NCBI GenBank assembly: GCA_963833225.1
Contig: CAWHXD010000019.1
Span: forward strand, 576,001 to 640,000
From: an uncultured Chloroflexia bacterium
GTDB lineage: Bacteria > Chloroflexota > Limnocylindria > Limnocylindrales > CSP1-4
Direction of reading: 5' to 3'
DNA: 64,000 nucleotides
Positions 49,401 to 58,024 of this stretch are shown here, in pieces. The position numbers were made by a program, and so were the translations under genes. Below the pieces are notes generated by a model. The model saw nothing but the letters and a program-made list of their open reading frames with translations, searched no databases and had not been told where the DNA came from. Each line of letters begins with the position of its first letter. Positions within the stretch are counted from its first letter, which is position 1.

Positions 49401-49916
49401 CACGAGGATGCGGAGCGGCCGCGCGGCTGGGTTCTCGTTGGCCACCCGGATGAGCAGCAGCTCCTCGAGCCGGGCCGGGGATGGGGCGTCCGCCACGTCG
49501 GGGAACTCACCGCCAACCGCGCCCAGGAGGCGTTCCGCCCGTTTCGTGCCCAGGGCCTGTCCAATGGCGTCCGTCGTGACGGTCATCGACGTCAGCGGTT
49601 GGAGCTCCGCCGCTCGCCGGACCAAGAGGTGCGAGATCTCGTGGAGCAGCTCGAGGGCCGCGAGATCACCCGCTTGCGCACTCGGCTCGCCAGCCTGTCT
49701 CGTGGCGTTGACCGCCGCGGCGACCCGGCGTGCGACCGGGAGGTTGGCGGCCAGCCTGGTCGTGGGGGCCGACGTCGCGGTGGCGGGGGCCGCGGCGGGG
49801 ATGGGCGCGGCCGTGGCGGGGAGGGGCGCGGCCACGGTGGTGGCTGGCGCGGCCGCGGTGAGGGCTTCCAGCGAGAAGCGCGTCCTGGCGGTGCGCGAGA
49901 TGGGCAGGGCTCGCAT
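46446..49916 (-). CDS. Large GH13 alpha-amylase family glycoside hydrolase
   Basis: ASAYSLDDY, DMVPNHMG, WNDTAQLD, IRFDAAM, LLAEAFW, NFMNNPDE. Confidence 0.92.
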   Translation of the reverse strand: MRALPISRTARTRFSLEALTAAAPATTVAAPLPATAAPIPAAAPATATSAPTTRLAANLPVARRVAAAVNATRQAGEPSAQAGDLAALELLHEISHLLVRRAAELQPLTSMTVTTDAIGQALGTKRAERLLGAVGGEFPDVADAPSPARLEELLLIRVANENPAARPLRILVDDTPLPRPERTAAMAALEAYQGSLPPVGPNGETLVELLRAPARAHPTSLAGQLRYVKEHWGALLGGALDSLLDRMLLTLDVIGEEERGLHLRFGGGGGGGGGGADHGEAPDLSGLEAEPERFSSDSAWMPRLVLIAKSTHVWLDQLSRAYGRDIRTLDAIPDEELDRLARLGITGLWLIGLWERSKASQRIKIWRGNPDAAASAYSLDDYVIAGDLGGEDAWANLRHRAWQRGVRLASDMVPNHMGIDSRWVTDHPDWFLSLPEPPYPGYTFSGENLAEHDRVDVRLEDHYWDNSDAAVTFEWRDRWSGERRYIYHGNDGTSFPWNDTAQLDFSSAAVREQVIQTILAVARRFPVIRFDAAMVLAKKHVRRLWFPGPGEGGGAIPSRAEFGTMTQAQFDAAMPVEFWREVVDRVAAEVPDTLLLAEAFWLLEGYFVRTLGMHRVYNSAFMHMLRDEDNAGYRRVIKETLEFDPEILQRYVNFMNNPDEKTTVEQFGKGDKSFGVTTLLATLPGLPMFGHGQFEGYAEKYGMEFRRATLDERPDEWLVARHEHDIVPLLHRRGDFAEARNFTLYDVGHDAGGVDENVYAYSNGSGGSRSLVVYHNRYGDTSGWIHTSVPFAVKSEDGSKRVVTRTLADGLGLGDGPADDRWLAFREQRSSLEYLRSVAEIRERGLHVGLHAYESRVFWDMRELHDGAGIWRRLAERIGERGVPSLEDELRNQQLGPVHDALRAAIAEPSRDAAWRVVDAVAEATGTLGDRGAVVERVVARWEASQRQADAIEDPSQAAALLVWTLLSPLGSLPEGAPVGPTSRAWYEELRLAPVVADALRGRGLDEGAAWWAAERVRTLLDLPLPSAIGGPAGTLPLRLVDAWLAHPAVRPFIRVNAWDGVEWFHRESWVELLAWMARLDQVVAAPAGGGGRAPGRSVLERKLASAAETSGYRVDLLRASLGASSAGGRAAAAQGVKPTKKRARAARSKKPRTDR

Positions 49917-50031
49917 ACCTCAAGTGTCGCACCTCGGCGCCACCGGGGCCGGTGAGACGACGGCACCGGTAGCGGCGCGCGGGCCCCGGCCATGGCACCG
50001 GTCGCGGCGCCCGCCACCGGGCGAGGCGGGA

Positions 50032-51063
50032 TCAGGCCAGGACGGGACCCTGGGCGGCCGCGCGCTCGATGGCTCGGCGGAGGAGCTCGAAGGCGGCCGG
50101 GTCGAACTCGTAGCTCCACTCCCGGAAGCGGTCGGGCCGCTCAAAGCGGGACTCCAGCCCGAGGGCGATGGCCTCACGCGACAGCAGTACCAGGTCCGCC
50201 TCCCGGTCCACGCGATCCAGCTCCTCCTCGGTGTGGGCCACGGCGCTGATGAGCTCGACGCTGGTGTTGTCGGCGAGCTGCAGGGCTTCGGCGATGTTCT
50301 CCACCCCGCGCTGTGATCCGCACACGACACCCAGCTTCGAGCCGGCCGCCAGCCCGCCGATCTCGTGGATCAGCGACATGTAGGCCGGCCCCACCAGCAT
50401 CGCCACCACGGGGACCTGCCCGGCGACGATGGCCTGCGCCTCGTCCGCGTGGAACGTGGTGGTCGCCACCAGGTCGTAGTGGTAGCGATCCAGGCGTTCG
50501 GCGAGGTCGTCGAGCAGCACCGGGATGACCTCGACCTGCTCCGGGAAGGCCTCCGTGATGCGCTCAGCGTCAAACGTCGCGTCGGCGGACGTGCACTCCG
50601 CGAACAGGACGCGGATGTGCAGGCCGGGCCGCTTTCGTCCCGTAGCCGCGGTGAACGTCGCCTGCGCCACCTCGTCCGGTGTGAATCCAAGCGATACGGC
50701 CCGGCGCAGCGTCTCGGCGACGATCCCCGCAAGCGCCTCCGACCCGCGTCGGACGGGCGGCCGGTCCACGACATGCGTCCCGGCCCCATGCCGCCCAACC
50801 ACGTACCCGGAATCGGCCAGCCGGCGGTACACCGCACGGACCGTGTTGGGGTTGACCCGTAGCGCCGCGCCAAGCTCCCGGACGGGCGGCAGACGGGTGC
50901 CCGGCTGCATCCGCCCCGACTCGATCTGGTAGGCGAGCTGCCAGTAGATCTGGGTCGAGATCGGCACGTCCAAATCGCGCTCGATGTCGAGGTCGTGGCC
51001 ACCGGGACCGTTCAGGGCGGGCCGTTCGGCCGGTGAGGAGGGGCCATTCCGGCTACTTGACAT
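50032..51063 (-). CDS. GntR-family transcriptional regulator
   Basis: PISTQIYWQL...PGTRLPPVRELG..LRVNPNTVRAVYRRL...G.GT.V; extended C-terminal effector region. Confidence 0.92.
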   Translation of the reverse strand: MSSSRNGPSSPAERPALNGPGGHDLDIERDLDVPISTQIYWQLAYQIESGRMQPGTRLPPVRELGAALRVNPNTVRAVYRRLADSGYVVGRHGAGTHVVDRPPVRRGSEALAGIVAETLRRAVSLGFTPDEVAQATFTAATGRKRPGLHIRVLFAECTSADATFDAERITEAFPEQVEVIPVLLDDLAERLDRYHYDLVATTTFHADEAQAIVAGQVPVVAMLVGPAYMSLIHEIGGLAAGSKLGVVCGSQRGVENIAEALQLADNTSVELISAVAHTEEELDRVDREADLVLLSREAIALGLESRFERPDRFREWSYEFDPAAFELLRRAIERAAAQGPVLA

Positions 51064-51112
51064 AGTGGACTAGTCCAACTATCGTTCGACTTGGCCTAGT
51101 TGACTATATCAA
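51062..51112. promoter_or_regulatory. Putative GntR operator pair
   Basis: TGGACTAGTCCA (51066-51077, perfect palindrome) and TTGACTATATCAA (51100-51112) in an AT-rich divergent gap. Confidence 0.65.
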
Positions 51113-51152
51113 TGACGGGCACCCCGCCCGAGAAGATCTTGAGCGTACCCAC

Positions 51153-51287
51153 ATGGAATTCCTCCTCATCGCGATCATGCTGGTGATCCTCGCCGCATTC
51201 GCCGTGACCGCGAACGAGCTCGGGGTCGACTCCCGTGAGGGCTTCGACGACCCGCATCGCCCCAACTCCCCGGTCGGCCTCGCGTAG
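51153..51287 (+). CDS. 44-aa single-TM small protein (not in ORF track)
   Basis: MEFLLIAIMLVILAAFAVTANELGVDSREGFDDPHRPNSPVGLA*; followed by two hairpins. Confidence 0.75.
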   Translation: MEFLLIAIMLVILAAFAVTANELGVDSREGFDDPHRPNSPVGLA

Positions 51288-51305
51288 CCGACCCACCACA
51301 TTCGC

Positions 51306-51378
51306 CTCGAGCGCCGACCCGACCCCTCCTTCCGGCGCTCGAGCCCCAGCCGACCCCCGGCCGGACAACCGGGGGTCG
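51306..51378. terminator. Two GC hairpins between convergent genes
   Basis: CTCGAGCGCCG/CGGCGCTCGAG and CGACCCCCGG/CCGGGGGTCG. Confidence 0.6.
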
Positions 51379-51406
51379 CTGGATTCCCGGGACCCGTCGT
51401 GATCGC

Positions 51407-52867
51407 CTACCGGGAATGCGGCAGGCGGCGCTCGTGTGACGTCCGGGGCGGAGGCTGGCCGATCTCGCTGAGGGCTCGTCGGTAGAGCATCGCCCCGTCG
51501 ACGCCGGCCTCCGGCGACTGCACCGTCCCGAGATCCGCCACGAGTCGAGACTCCAGGTCCGTGCCGGCCAGCCCATCGATGATCCGCACCGCCCGCGCCG
51601 CCGCACGCAGGACCTGCCGCGTCTCGATCCGGAGCGGGTCGCCCCAGAACCACCCACACGAGGCGAACATGCCCAGTCGCCAGCGCTGCGCGTCGAGCAC
51701 CCCCAGCAGCCGCCCTCGCTCCTCGGCTGACGCCCGCCCGCCAAGCACGTCGACCGCGAAGGCTTCCGGGGCCCGGGCACCGATCACCACGTCGACGTAG
51801 CGGTCGCGCGCGGACCAGATGCCGTCGCGGCCGGTGAGCCCGCGGGTGAACGTCTCGGTCACCGTGTCGATGCCGCCGGCGAGGCGGTCGAGGGCGGCCT
51901 TGAGCGGCGCCTTCCAGCGCCCGTCGACGGCGCACGGGCACTCGCCGGACCAGCGAAGCACACCGTGATGGCAGCTCCATGACGTGCGGTCGCGGATGTG
52001 GATCTCGGGATGCCGGCGGCCCTCTCGCTCCCGCGTCATGTCGGCCAGCGTGACCACGTCGTAGCCCCGGTTTGGCGCATCTTCGGAGTGGGCGACGAGG
52101 CGGTTGAGGAACAGGTCGCGGAACGACTGGTGGTGCCCGTACAGCTCACCGTCGCTGGCCAGCACGATCGTCGGCGCGCCCCCGTCGAGCAGTGACCCGG
52201 CCAGCCGCGGCAGCACTCGCTCGCGCGCGAAGCGGTCGGCATCCGCCGTCACGCCCGGGTCGAACGAGATCGAGGCCGACAGGTCGCCGTCGTAGAACAC
52301 CACCGCGACATGGCGACCGCCCCCCGTGTCGACGCGATAGGGGAGCCGGTTGTCGATGTGGGCCGTCTCGGCCTGCCAGGGGGCGAGGATGGTGGACTCC
52401 ACGCCGGCCTCGGCCATCAGCGCCAGCGTCGACAGGTCCACGGCGGTCTCCGGCAGCCACATGCCTCTCGCGGGCCGCCCGAACCGGAACTCGAAGTCCC
52501 GGAGGCCCCACAGGATCTCCGTCCGGCGGTCGTGGTGCGCCAGGAGCGGCAGGATCGAGTGATGGAAGGGCTGGGCGATCCCCGGACCGTTGACGGCGCC
52601 GCCGCCTCTGCGGTCCGCCTCGGCGAAGCCCGCGAGGACGTCGGGCTTGGCATCGGCGAGGTAACCGGTCAGCGTCGGTCCCAGGTTCCAGCTGGCGCGC
52701 TCGAGGGTGCCCAGCTCGGCATTCGGGCGATAGCACTCCTCGGTGATCCGCTCGTTCCAGTCCCGGAACGGCGCCGCGGACGGGTCCGGCGGCACGCGAC
52801 CCGTGAACGGGTCGGTCCGGAACGGCTGGTAGAAGTGCGCGTGGACGACCAGTCGGGGGCGGCTCAT
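51407..52867 (-). CDS. GH57 family / DUF3536 glycoside hydrolase
   Basis: HAHFYQPFR, DWNERITEECY, GMWLPETAVD, DGELYGHH, SWSCHHGV.RW, MFASCGWF. Confidence 0.92.
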   Translation of the reverse strand: MSRPRLVVHAHFYQPFRTDPFTGRVPPDPSAAPFRDWNERITEECYRPNAELGTLERASWNLGPTLTGYLADAKPDVLAGFAEADRRGGGAVNGPGIAQPFHHSILPLLAHHDRRTEILWGLRDFEFRFGRPARGMWLPETAVDLSTLALMAEAGVESTILAPWQAETAHIDNRLPYRVDTGGGRHVAVVFYDGDLSASISFDPGVTADADRFARERVLPRLAGSLLDGGAPTIVLASDGELYGHHQSFRDLFLNRLVAHSEDAPNRGYDVVTLADMTREREGRRHPEIHIRDRTSWSCHHGVLRWSGECPCAVDGRWKAPLKAALDRLAGGIDTVTETFTRGLTGRDGIWSARDRYVDVVIGARAPEAFAVDVLGGRASAEERGRLLGVLDAQRWRLGMFASCGWFWGDPLRIETRQVLRAAARAVRIIDGLAGTDLESRLVADLGTVQSPEAGVDGAMLYRRALSEIGQPPPRTSHERRLPHSR

Positions 52868-52904
52868 GCCCGAGGTGCGAGCGCCGGGCCGCGCCCTTGA
52901 GGGA

Positions 52905-55052
52905 TCACGATCGAGCGCGTTCCTCCTCGGCCCGGTCCCGCGCCACGGCCACTCTCGAGGTGACGGCATACCGGCATGTGGCACCCGGCTCGATCCTGGC
53001 GGGCCAGGACAGGAGCAGGGTACTGCCCTGGTAGACGCGCTCGAAGCCAGATTCCGAGTTGCTGACGGTCTCGATGGGACTCCACCACGCGTCCGCGACG
53101 GGATCCGGCCGGGTCTCAACCGCGATCCCGATCCAGTCGTTGCCATACCCGATGGCATCCAGGTCGCGGGCTTGCCCGGATCCGTCGTGGGCGGAGCGGA
53201 TGCCGTGGACGTCGTACCACGCCGACGGGTTGCCGCCGCCGCCGAGCATGTGGAGGGAGAGCTCGAGGCCAAGCCGGGTCTCAACGGCGGTGTCGCCGCG
53301 GTGCCGCACCTCGAGCTCGACCACGAGCTCCGGGTCCAGGCGCCCGCCGCCCAGGCGGATCGTCTTGGAGATCGCCAGCGGCTGGCCTAGCGCGGTGCCG
53401 TTGCGCGAGAGCGAGACCTGGCCGGGCGCGAGATGGTCCACCAGCCAGTCGCCGTCGCGGAAGTCGCCCAGCTCGGCCGCTGAGGCCACGGCAACCGACT
53501 CCGGCGTGACATCGGGTGCCAGGAAGCGGACGAGACCGTTGCGCCGTTCGTGGTCGTCGTAGTGGAGATGGTCGGAGAGGCCTTCCTCCTTGACCATCAC
53601 GATGTCGTGGATCGACGCGGCACCCGTCCCGTCGACCGTCCCGTCGCCGGCTCGAGCCGCGTGCGCGCGCAATGTCTCGTGGTAGGCCTCCGGCCGACGG
53701 CGCAGCACCGACGCCAGCGCGTGCCGCGCGGCGCGCACGTCCCAGCTGCCGATCCCGGCACCCTCGGCGGGCTTGACGGTCACGACCTGGCCCGGCTCGG
53801 CGAGCCGCACCTCGTCCCGGCCGTCCATGTCCAGGTCCAGGCGCTCCGCCGAGCGGGCCATCCCCAGCATGGCGTCGGCGGCGTCCTCCGCGGCGATCAG
53901 GTGCTCGCACGTGGCCAGGCGCATGTGGCTGATGTAGATCCCGCCGAACAGGCCGTGCCAGTAGCAGTCGTTGGACTGGCCGCGATGGAGGTGGTCGACG
54001 GCAGCGGTCCGCTCAGGACCGGCCGGCATCGCCGCCACCTTGGCCGACGTGCGCAGCATCTGCTTGTGGAGGTCGTTGATCTCCCGGTACCGGACCTGGA
54101 AGTTGCGCCAGAACCCGCCGCGCAGCCAGCGCGCCGCCGGATCGTGGTTCGCCCGGGCGTCGTGGAGCAGCCGCGTGAACACCACCGCCTCGTCCGCGGG
54201 AAGCGCCCATCCGCCCATCTCGGAATAGGAGCTGGTGGGCAGGTAGGCCCGGCCGATCGGTGGCTCACGTTCGAGCCACTGCGACGGCGTGACGGTCGAC
54301 AGCCAGTCCTCGTTGGCCTCGAGGGCCGTGAAGAACCGCTCGACCCAGCGTCCCTCACCCCAGCAATGCGCGTGGGTGGTGGGCCAGGCGCCGAACTTCT
54401 CGCCGTCGTCGCCCATCGTCCCCACCCGCTTCCCGTCCTCGGTTGCGTGGACGCGGAGATAGTCGATCACGTCCTCCACGCCGCCGAAGGGGATCCGGTA
54501 GCGGAGGCCCTGCTCGGTCCCGAAGACGGTCAGCAGGTTGCCCTGGTCCTCCGTGGTGTAGGCACCCCAGAGGTTCTCCTCCGGGATCGCGGCGGCCCGG
54601 AAGTGCTGGTCGTCCAGGATCGTCCAGCGGTAGCCGGCGCTCGTCAGCGCGGTCGGCAGGTCGGGCTCCCAGACCCGCTCCGCGAGCCATGCGCCCTGCG
54701 GCCGGCGGCCCGTGATCGCCTCCACCGTCGCCGTCATCCGGTTCAGCTGGTCGATGCGGTCGCGTTCATGGAGCGAGGCCAGGATCGGTTCGTAGAGGCC
54801 GCCGCCCAGCAGCTCCACCTGGTCGCGCGCCACCAGGGTCGCCAGTCTGGCCAGGAACTCCGGCCGCTCCGCCCCCAGCCACTCCAGCAGCGGCCCGGTG
54901 TAGTGAAGCGACAGGCGGACCCCCGGATGGCGCTCCAGCGCCTCGAGCATCGGCAGGTAGGCGCGGGCGTAGACCTCCGCGAACACCCACCCGAAGTTGC
55001 CCACGGGCTGGTGATTGTGGATCGCCAGCGCCAGCGAGATGCGGGGAGCCAA
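52905..55052 (-). CDS. GH57 alpha-amylase/4-alpha-glucanotransferase (DUF1925/DUF1926)
   Basis: HNHQPVGNF, GAWLAERVWEP, DDGEKFGAWP, QSNDCYWHGLFGG, ETVSNSESGFERVYQG. Confidence 0.94.
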   Translation of the reverse strand: MAPRISLALAIHNHQPVGNFGWVFAEVYARAYLPMLEALERHPGVRLSLHYTGPLLEWLGAERPEFLARLATLVARDQVELLGGGLYEPILASLHERDRIDQLNRMTATVEAITGRRPQGAWLAERVWEPDLPTALTSAGYRWTILDDQHFRAAAIPEENLWGAYTTEDQGNLLTVFGTEQGLRYRIPFGGVEDVIDYLRVHATEDGKRVGTMGDDGEKFGAWPTTHAHCWGEGRWVERFFTALEANEDWLSTVTPSQWLEREPPIGRAYLPTSSYSEMGGWALPADEAVVFTRLLHDARANHDPAARWLRGGFWRNFQVRYREINDLHKQMLRTSAKVAAMPAGPERTAAVDHLHRGQSNDCYWHGLFGGIYISHMRLATCEHLIAAEDAADAMLGMARSAERLDLDMDGRDEVRLAEPGQVVTVKPAEGAGIGSWDVRAARHALASVLRRRPEAYHETLRAHAARAGDGTVDGTGAASIHDIVMVKEEGLSDHLHYDDHERRNGLVRFLAPDVTPESVAVASAAELGDFRDGDWLVDHLAPGQVSLSRNGTALGQPLAISKTIRLGGGRLDPELVVELEVRHRGDTAVETRLGLELSLHMLGGGGNPSAWYDVHGIRSAHDGSGQARDLDAIGYGNDWIGIAVETRPDPVADAWWSPIETVSNSESGFERVYQGSTLLLSWPARIEPGATCRYAVTSRVAVARDRAEEERARS

Positions 55053-55108
55053 GAATGCGGTCCTCTGTGTGACGGGAGGGGCGTGCCGTGCCGTGCCGCT
55101 GGGCGCGG

Positions 55109-57295
55109 CTAGGGCTTGGCCGCAACCCGGTCCGGGGTGTCGCCGCCCGCTGCCGGCAGGTACAGCTGCTCCACGTACTCGTGGAGCATCCGGGTCGAGG
55201 AGAAGCGCCAGATCGCGCCCGCGATGGAGTTGCGCATCAGCTGCGCCCAGTGGGTCGGCAGCCCGTCGGCGTCGCGCTCGTAGTACGCGGGCACGAGCTC
55301 CTCCTCCAGGATCCGGTAGAGGTCCTGCGCATCGGCCCAGTCCTGTGCACCCTCATCCGGGTTGGTCTCGCGCCCGCCGATGGCCCAGCCGTTGTCACCG
55401 ACGAAACCCTCATCCCACCAGCCGTCGAGCACGCTCACGTTGAGCACGCCGTTGGCGGCGGCCTTCATCCCGGAGGTGCCGGATGCCTCGAGCGGGCGGC
55501 GCGGGTTGTTGAGCCAGACGTCCACGCCCTGGACCAGGAAGCGGGCGATCCGGATGTCGTAGTCCTCGAGGATGAACACGCGACCGCGCAGCTTGGGGCT
55601 GCGGGAGCGCTCGAAGATGTCCTGGATCACGCCCTGTCCCGGCCTGTCCGCCGGGTGGGCCTTGCCGGCGAACACGATCTGGACCGGCCGCTCCGCGTCC
55701 CAGATGAGCCGGGCCAGGCGATCGAGGTCGCTGAACAGCAGCGCGGCCCGCTTGTAGGTGGCGAACCGGCGCGCGAACCCGATGGTCAGGATCCCCGGGT
55801 CGAGGACCTCCTCGAGCTCCTCGAGGGTCGCCGGCGCCTCCCCGTGACGGGCGAACTGGTTGCGCAGCCGGCCACGCGCGAAGATCGCGAAGTCCAGCTT
55901 CTGGCGCTGGTGGGCCTCCCACAGCTCCGCCGTGGGGATCTCGCCCGTGCGCTCCCAGAAGCGGCGTGCCTCGGGCTCGTCGTCCATGGCGTCGAGGGTG
56001 GCGTCCGTGTAGTGGTCCAGCACGTCCCGCATCGGCTGGCCGACCCACGTCGGGGTGTGGATGCCGTTCGTGACGCCCAGGATCTCGCGGGGGGTCACGC
56101 CATACCAGGTGCCGTTGGCGGTGTGCGCGTGGAGCTGGGAGACGGCGTTCGCGCCGTTGGTCAGCCGCAGCGAGAACGCCGTGAGGTCGAACTGGCCACT
56201 GTCGCCGTCCACGCCGAGGCCCAGCTCCAGCAGCCGGTCCATGGGGATGCCGCCGGTGCCCGGCCGGCCATCACCGTCGAACAGCGGTCCGGCCACCCGG
56301 CGGACGAGCGCCGTGTTGAATCGCTCGTTGCCGGCCGCGACCGGCGTGTGGATGGTGAACACGCTGTTGCGCCGGACCGTCGCCCAGGCCTCCTCGAGCG
56401 TCGCGCCGTCGGCGACCTGCTCTCGCGCCCGCTCCGCGAGGAGCAGCGCGGAGTGGCCCTCGTTGAGGTGCCAGGCGGCGGGGGTCAGCTCCAGCGCCCG
56501 CAGCGCGCGCACGCCGCCGACGCCCAGGAGCAGCTCCTGGTGGAGCCGCATCTCGCGACCGCGCACGTACAGGATGTGGGTGATCGGCCGGTCCGAGTCA
56601 TCGTTGTCCGGCAGGTCCGTGTCCAGCAGGAGGACTGGCACCCGGCCGACCTGTGCCAGCCACACGGCCGCGAACAGCTCCCTGCCCGGAAGCTGAACGC
56701 TGATGGTGAGCGGACGTCCGAGCCTGTCCAGCACGCGCATGATCGGCAGCCGGTTGAGCTCGTAGTCCGGGTACGCGTGCTCCTGGTGGCCATCCGCGTC
56801 GATGGTCTGGCGGAAGAACCCACGGCGGTACATGAGGCCCACGCCCACGAGTGGCAGCGCCATGTCCGAGGCCGCCTTCATGTGATCGCCAGCCAGGACG
56901 CCCAGGCCACCCGAGTAGATGCCCAGCGACTCTTGGAAGCCGTACTCGGCGCAGAAGTAGGCGATCGGGCCGGAGAGAGCGTCCGCGTGGTTGCGTTGGA
57001 ACCAGTGATCCGCGCCGTTGGCCATGTACGCGTCGAACTCCCGGAGGATGTCCTCGTACTCGGCCATGAACCGGGAGTTGTCCAGCAGCTGCGACCAGTT
57101 CACCTCACCCGCAAGCACGGGGATCGGATTCCGGTAGCGGGCCCAGCCGCCGGGATCGATCCGCGAGAACAGGACCCGCGCTCTTGGGTGCCAGCTCCAC
57201 CACAGGTTGTAGGCGAGGCGGCGCAGGCCCTCGAGCCTCGGCGGCAGGGAGAACGCGGCACCGGGTGCGGACGGGATCTCGACGAGGGGTTCCAT
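55109..57295 (-). CDS. glgP: Alpha-glucan (glycogen) phosphorylase
   Basis: LAYNLWWSW, YSGGLGVLAGD, NEGH, FARRFATYKR, GKAHPAD, EASGTSGMK. Confidence 0.96.
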   Translation of the reverse strand: MEPLVEIPSAPGAAFSLPPRLEGLRRLAYNLWWSWHPRARVLFSRIDPGGWARYRNPIPVLAGEVNWSQLLDNSRFMAEYEDILREFDAYMANGADHWFQRNHADALSGPIAYFCAEYGFQESLGIYSGGLGVLAGDHMKAASDMALPLVGVGLMYRRGFFRQTIDADGHQEHAYPDYELNRLPIMRVLDRLGRPLTISVQLPGRELFAAVWLAQVGRVPVLLLDTDLPDNDDSDRPITHILYVRGREMRLHQELLLGVGGVRALRALELTPAAWHLNEGHSALLLAERAREQVADGATLEEAWATVRRNSVFTIHTPVAAGNERFNTALVRRVAGPLFDGDGRPGTGGIPMDRLLELGLGVDGDSGQFDLTAFSLRLTNGANAVSQLHAHTANGTWYGVTPREILGVTNGIHTPTWVGQPMRDVLDHYTDATLDAMDDEPEARRFWERTGEIPTAELWEAHQRQKLDFAIFARGRLRNQFARHGEAPATLEELEEVLDPGILTIGFARRFATYKRAALLFSDLDRLARLIWDAERPVQIVFAGKAHPADRPGQGVIQDIFERSRSPKLRGRVFILEDYDIRIARFLVQGVDVWLNNPRRPLEASGTSGMKAAANGVLNVSVLDGWWDEGFVGDNGWAIGGRETNPDEGAQDWADAQDLYRILEEELVPAYYERDADGLPTHWAQLMRNSIAGAIWRFSSTRMLHEYVEQLYLPAAGGDTPDRVAAKP

Positions 57296-57490
57296 GAGCG
57301 GGACATGATAGTCGGCATGCCGTGTCCTGTGGACCGGTTTGACCGCGTGGCGGTCGTGGGGCCGGGCACCCGCCAGCCTGCGGCCCGAGCAAGCCCGAGG
57401 CGAACAACCGGACCGGCGTCACTCGCCTGCGCGTAGAATCGCGTCCTCGTCCCGCTCCTAGCCCGCGGCACCCGCCGCCCGGAGGCACCG

Positions 57491-57877
57491 ATGCCCAGGC
57501 AATTCGTCGTCCAGGTCGATAACAAGCCCGGTGAGATGGCCAGGCTCGCCGAGCACATGGCCGCAGCTGGCGTCGACCTGCGCGCGATCGGCGGCGGTGG
57601 GCTCGGCGACTTCGGGCACTTCATCATGACGACGGCCGACGATGACACCGCCCGAGCCGTGCTCCAGGATGGCGCCTGGGTGTTCTACGAAGGCGAGTCG
57701 CTGCTGGCCGAGGTGGACGACCGTCCGGGCGGGATGGCACGGATCGCCCGCGAGCTCGCGGACGCCGGCGTCAATGTGCTCGGTCACCTGTTCATCGGCC
57801 GCTGGAGCGATCGGGCGACGTTCGCGTTCGTCGTGGACGATCCCGAGAAGGCACGCCCGATCCTCGAGCGCCGCTGA
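57491..57877 (+). CDS. Tandem ACT domain protein
   Basis: DNKPGEMARL..GVDL and DDRPGGMARIA..GVNV; GGAGG RBS. Confidence 0.88.
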   Translation: MPRQFVVQVDNKPGEMARLAEHMAAAGVDLRAIGGGGLGDFGHFIMTTADDDTARAVLQDGAWVFYEGESLLAEVDDRPGGMARIARELADAGVNVLGHLFIGRWSDRATFAFVVDDPEKARPILERR

Positions 57878-58024
57878 CGGCCGCGGACCCGGCCCTTTGG
57901 CGCCGGGTGGTGCGCTGCCGCACCGGAACAGGACCTTGGTGGGGTGGCCAGAACCCGTACACATGGGGCATGCTGGAGTCCGACGGCACGACCTCGCCGC
58001 CCGCAACCCGGAGATTCCCTGCCC

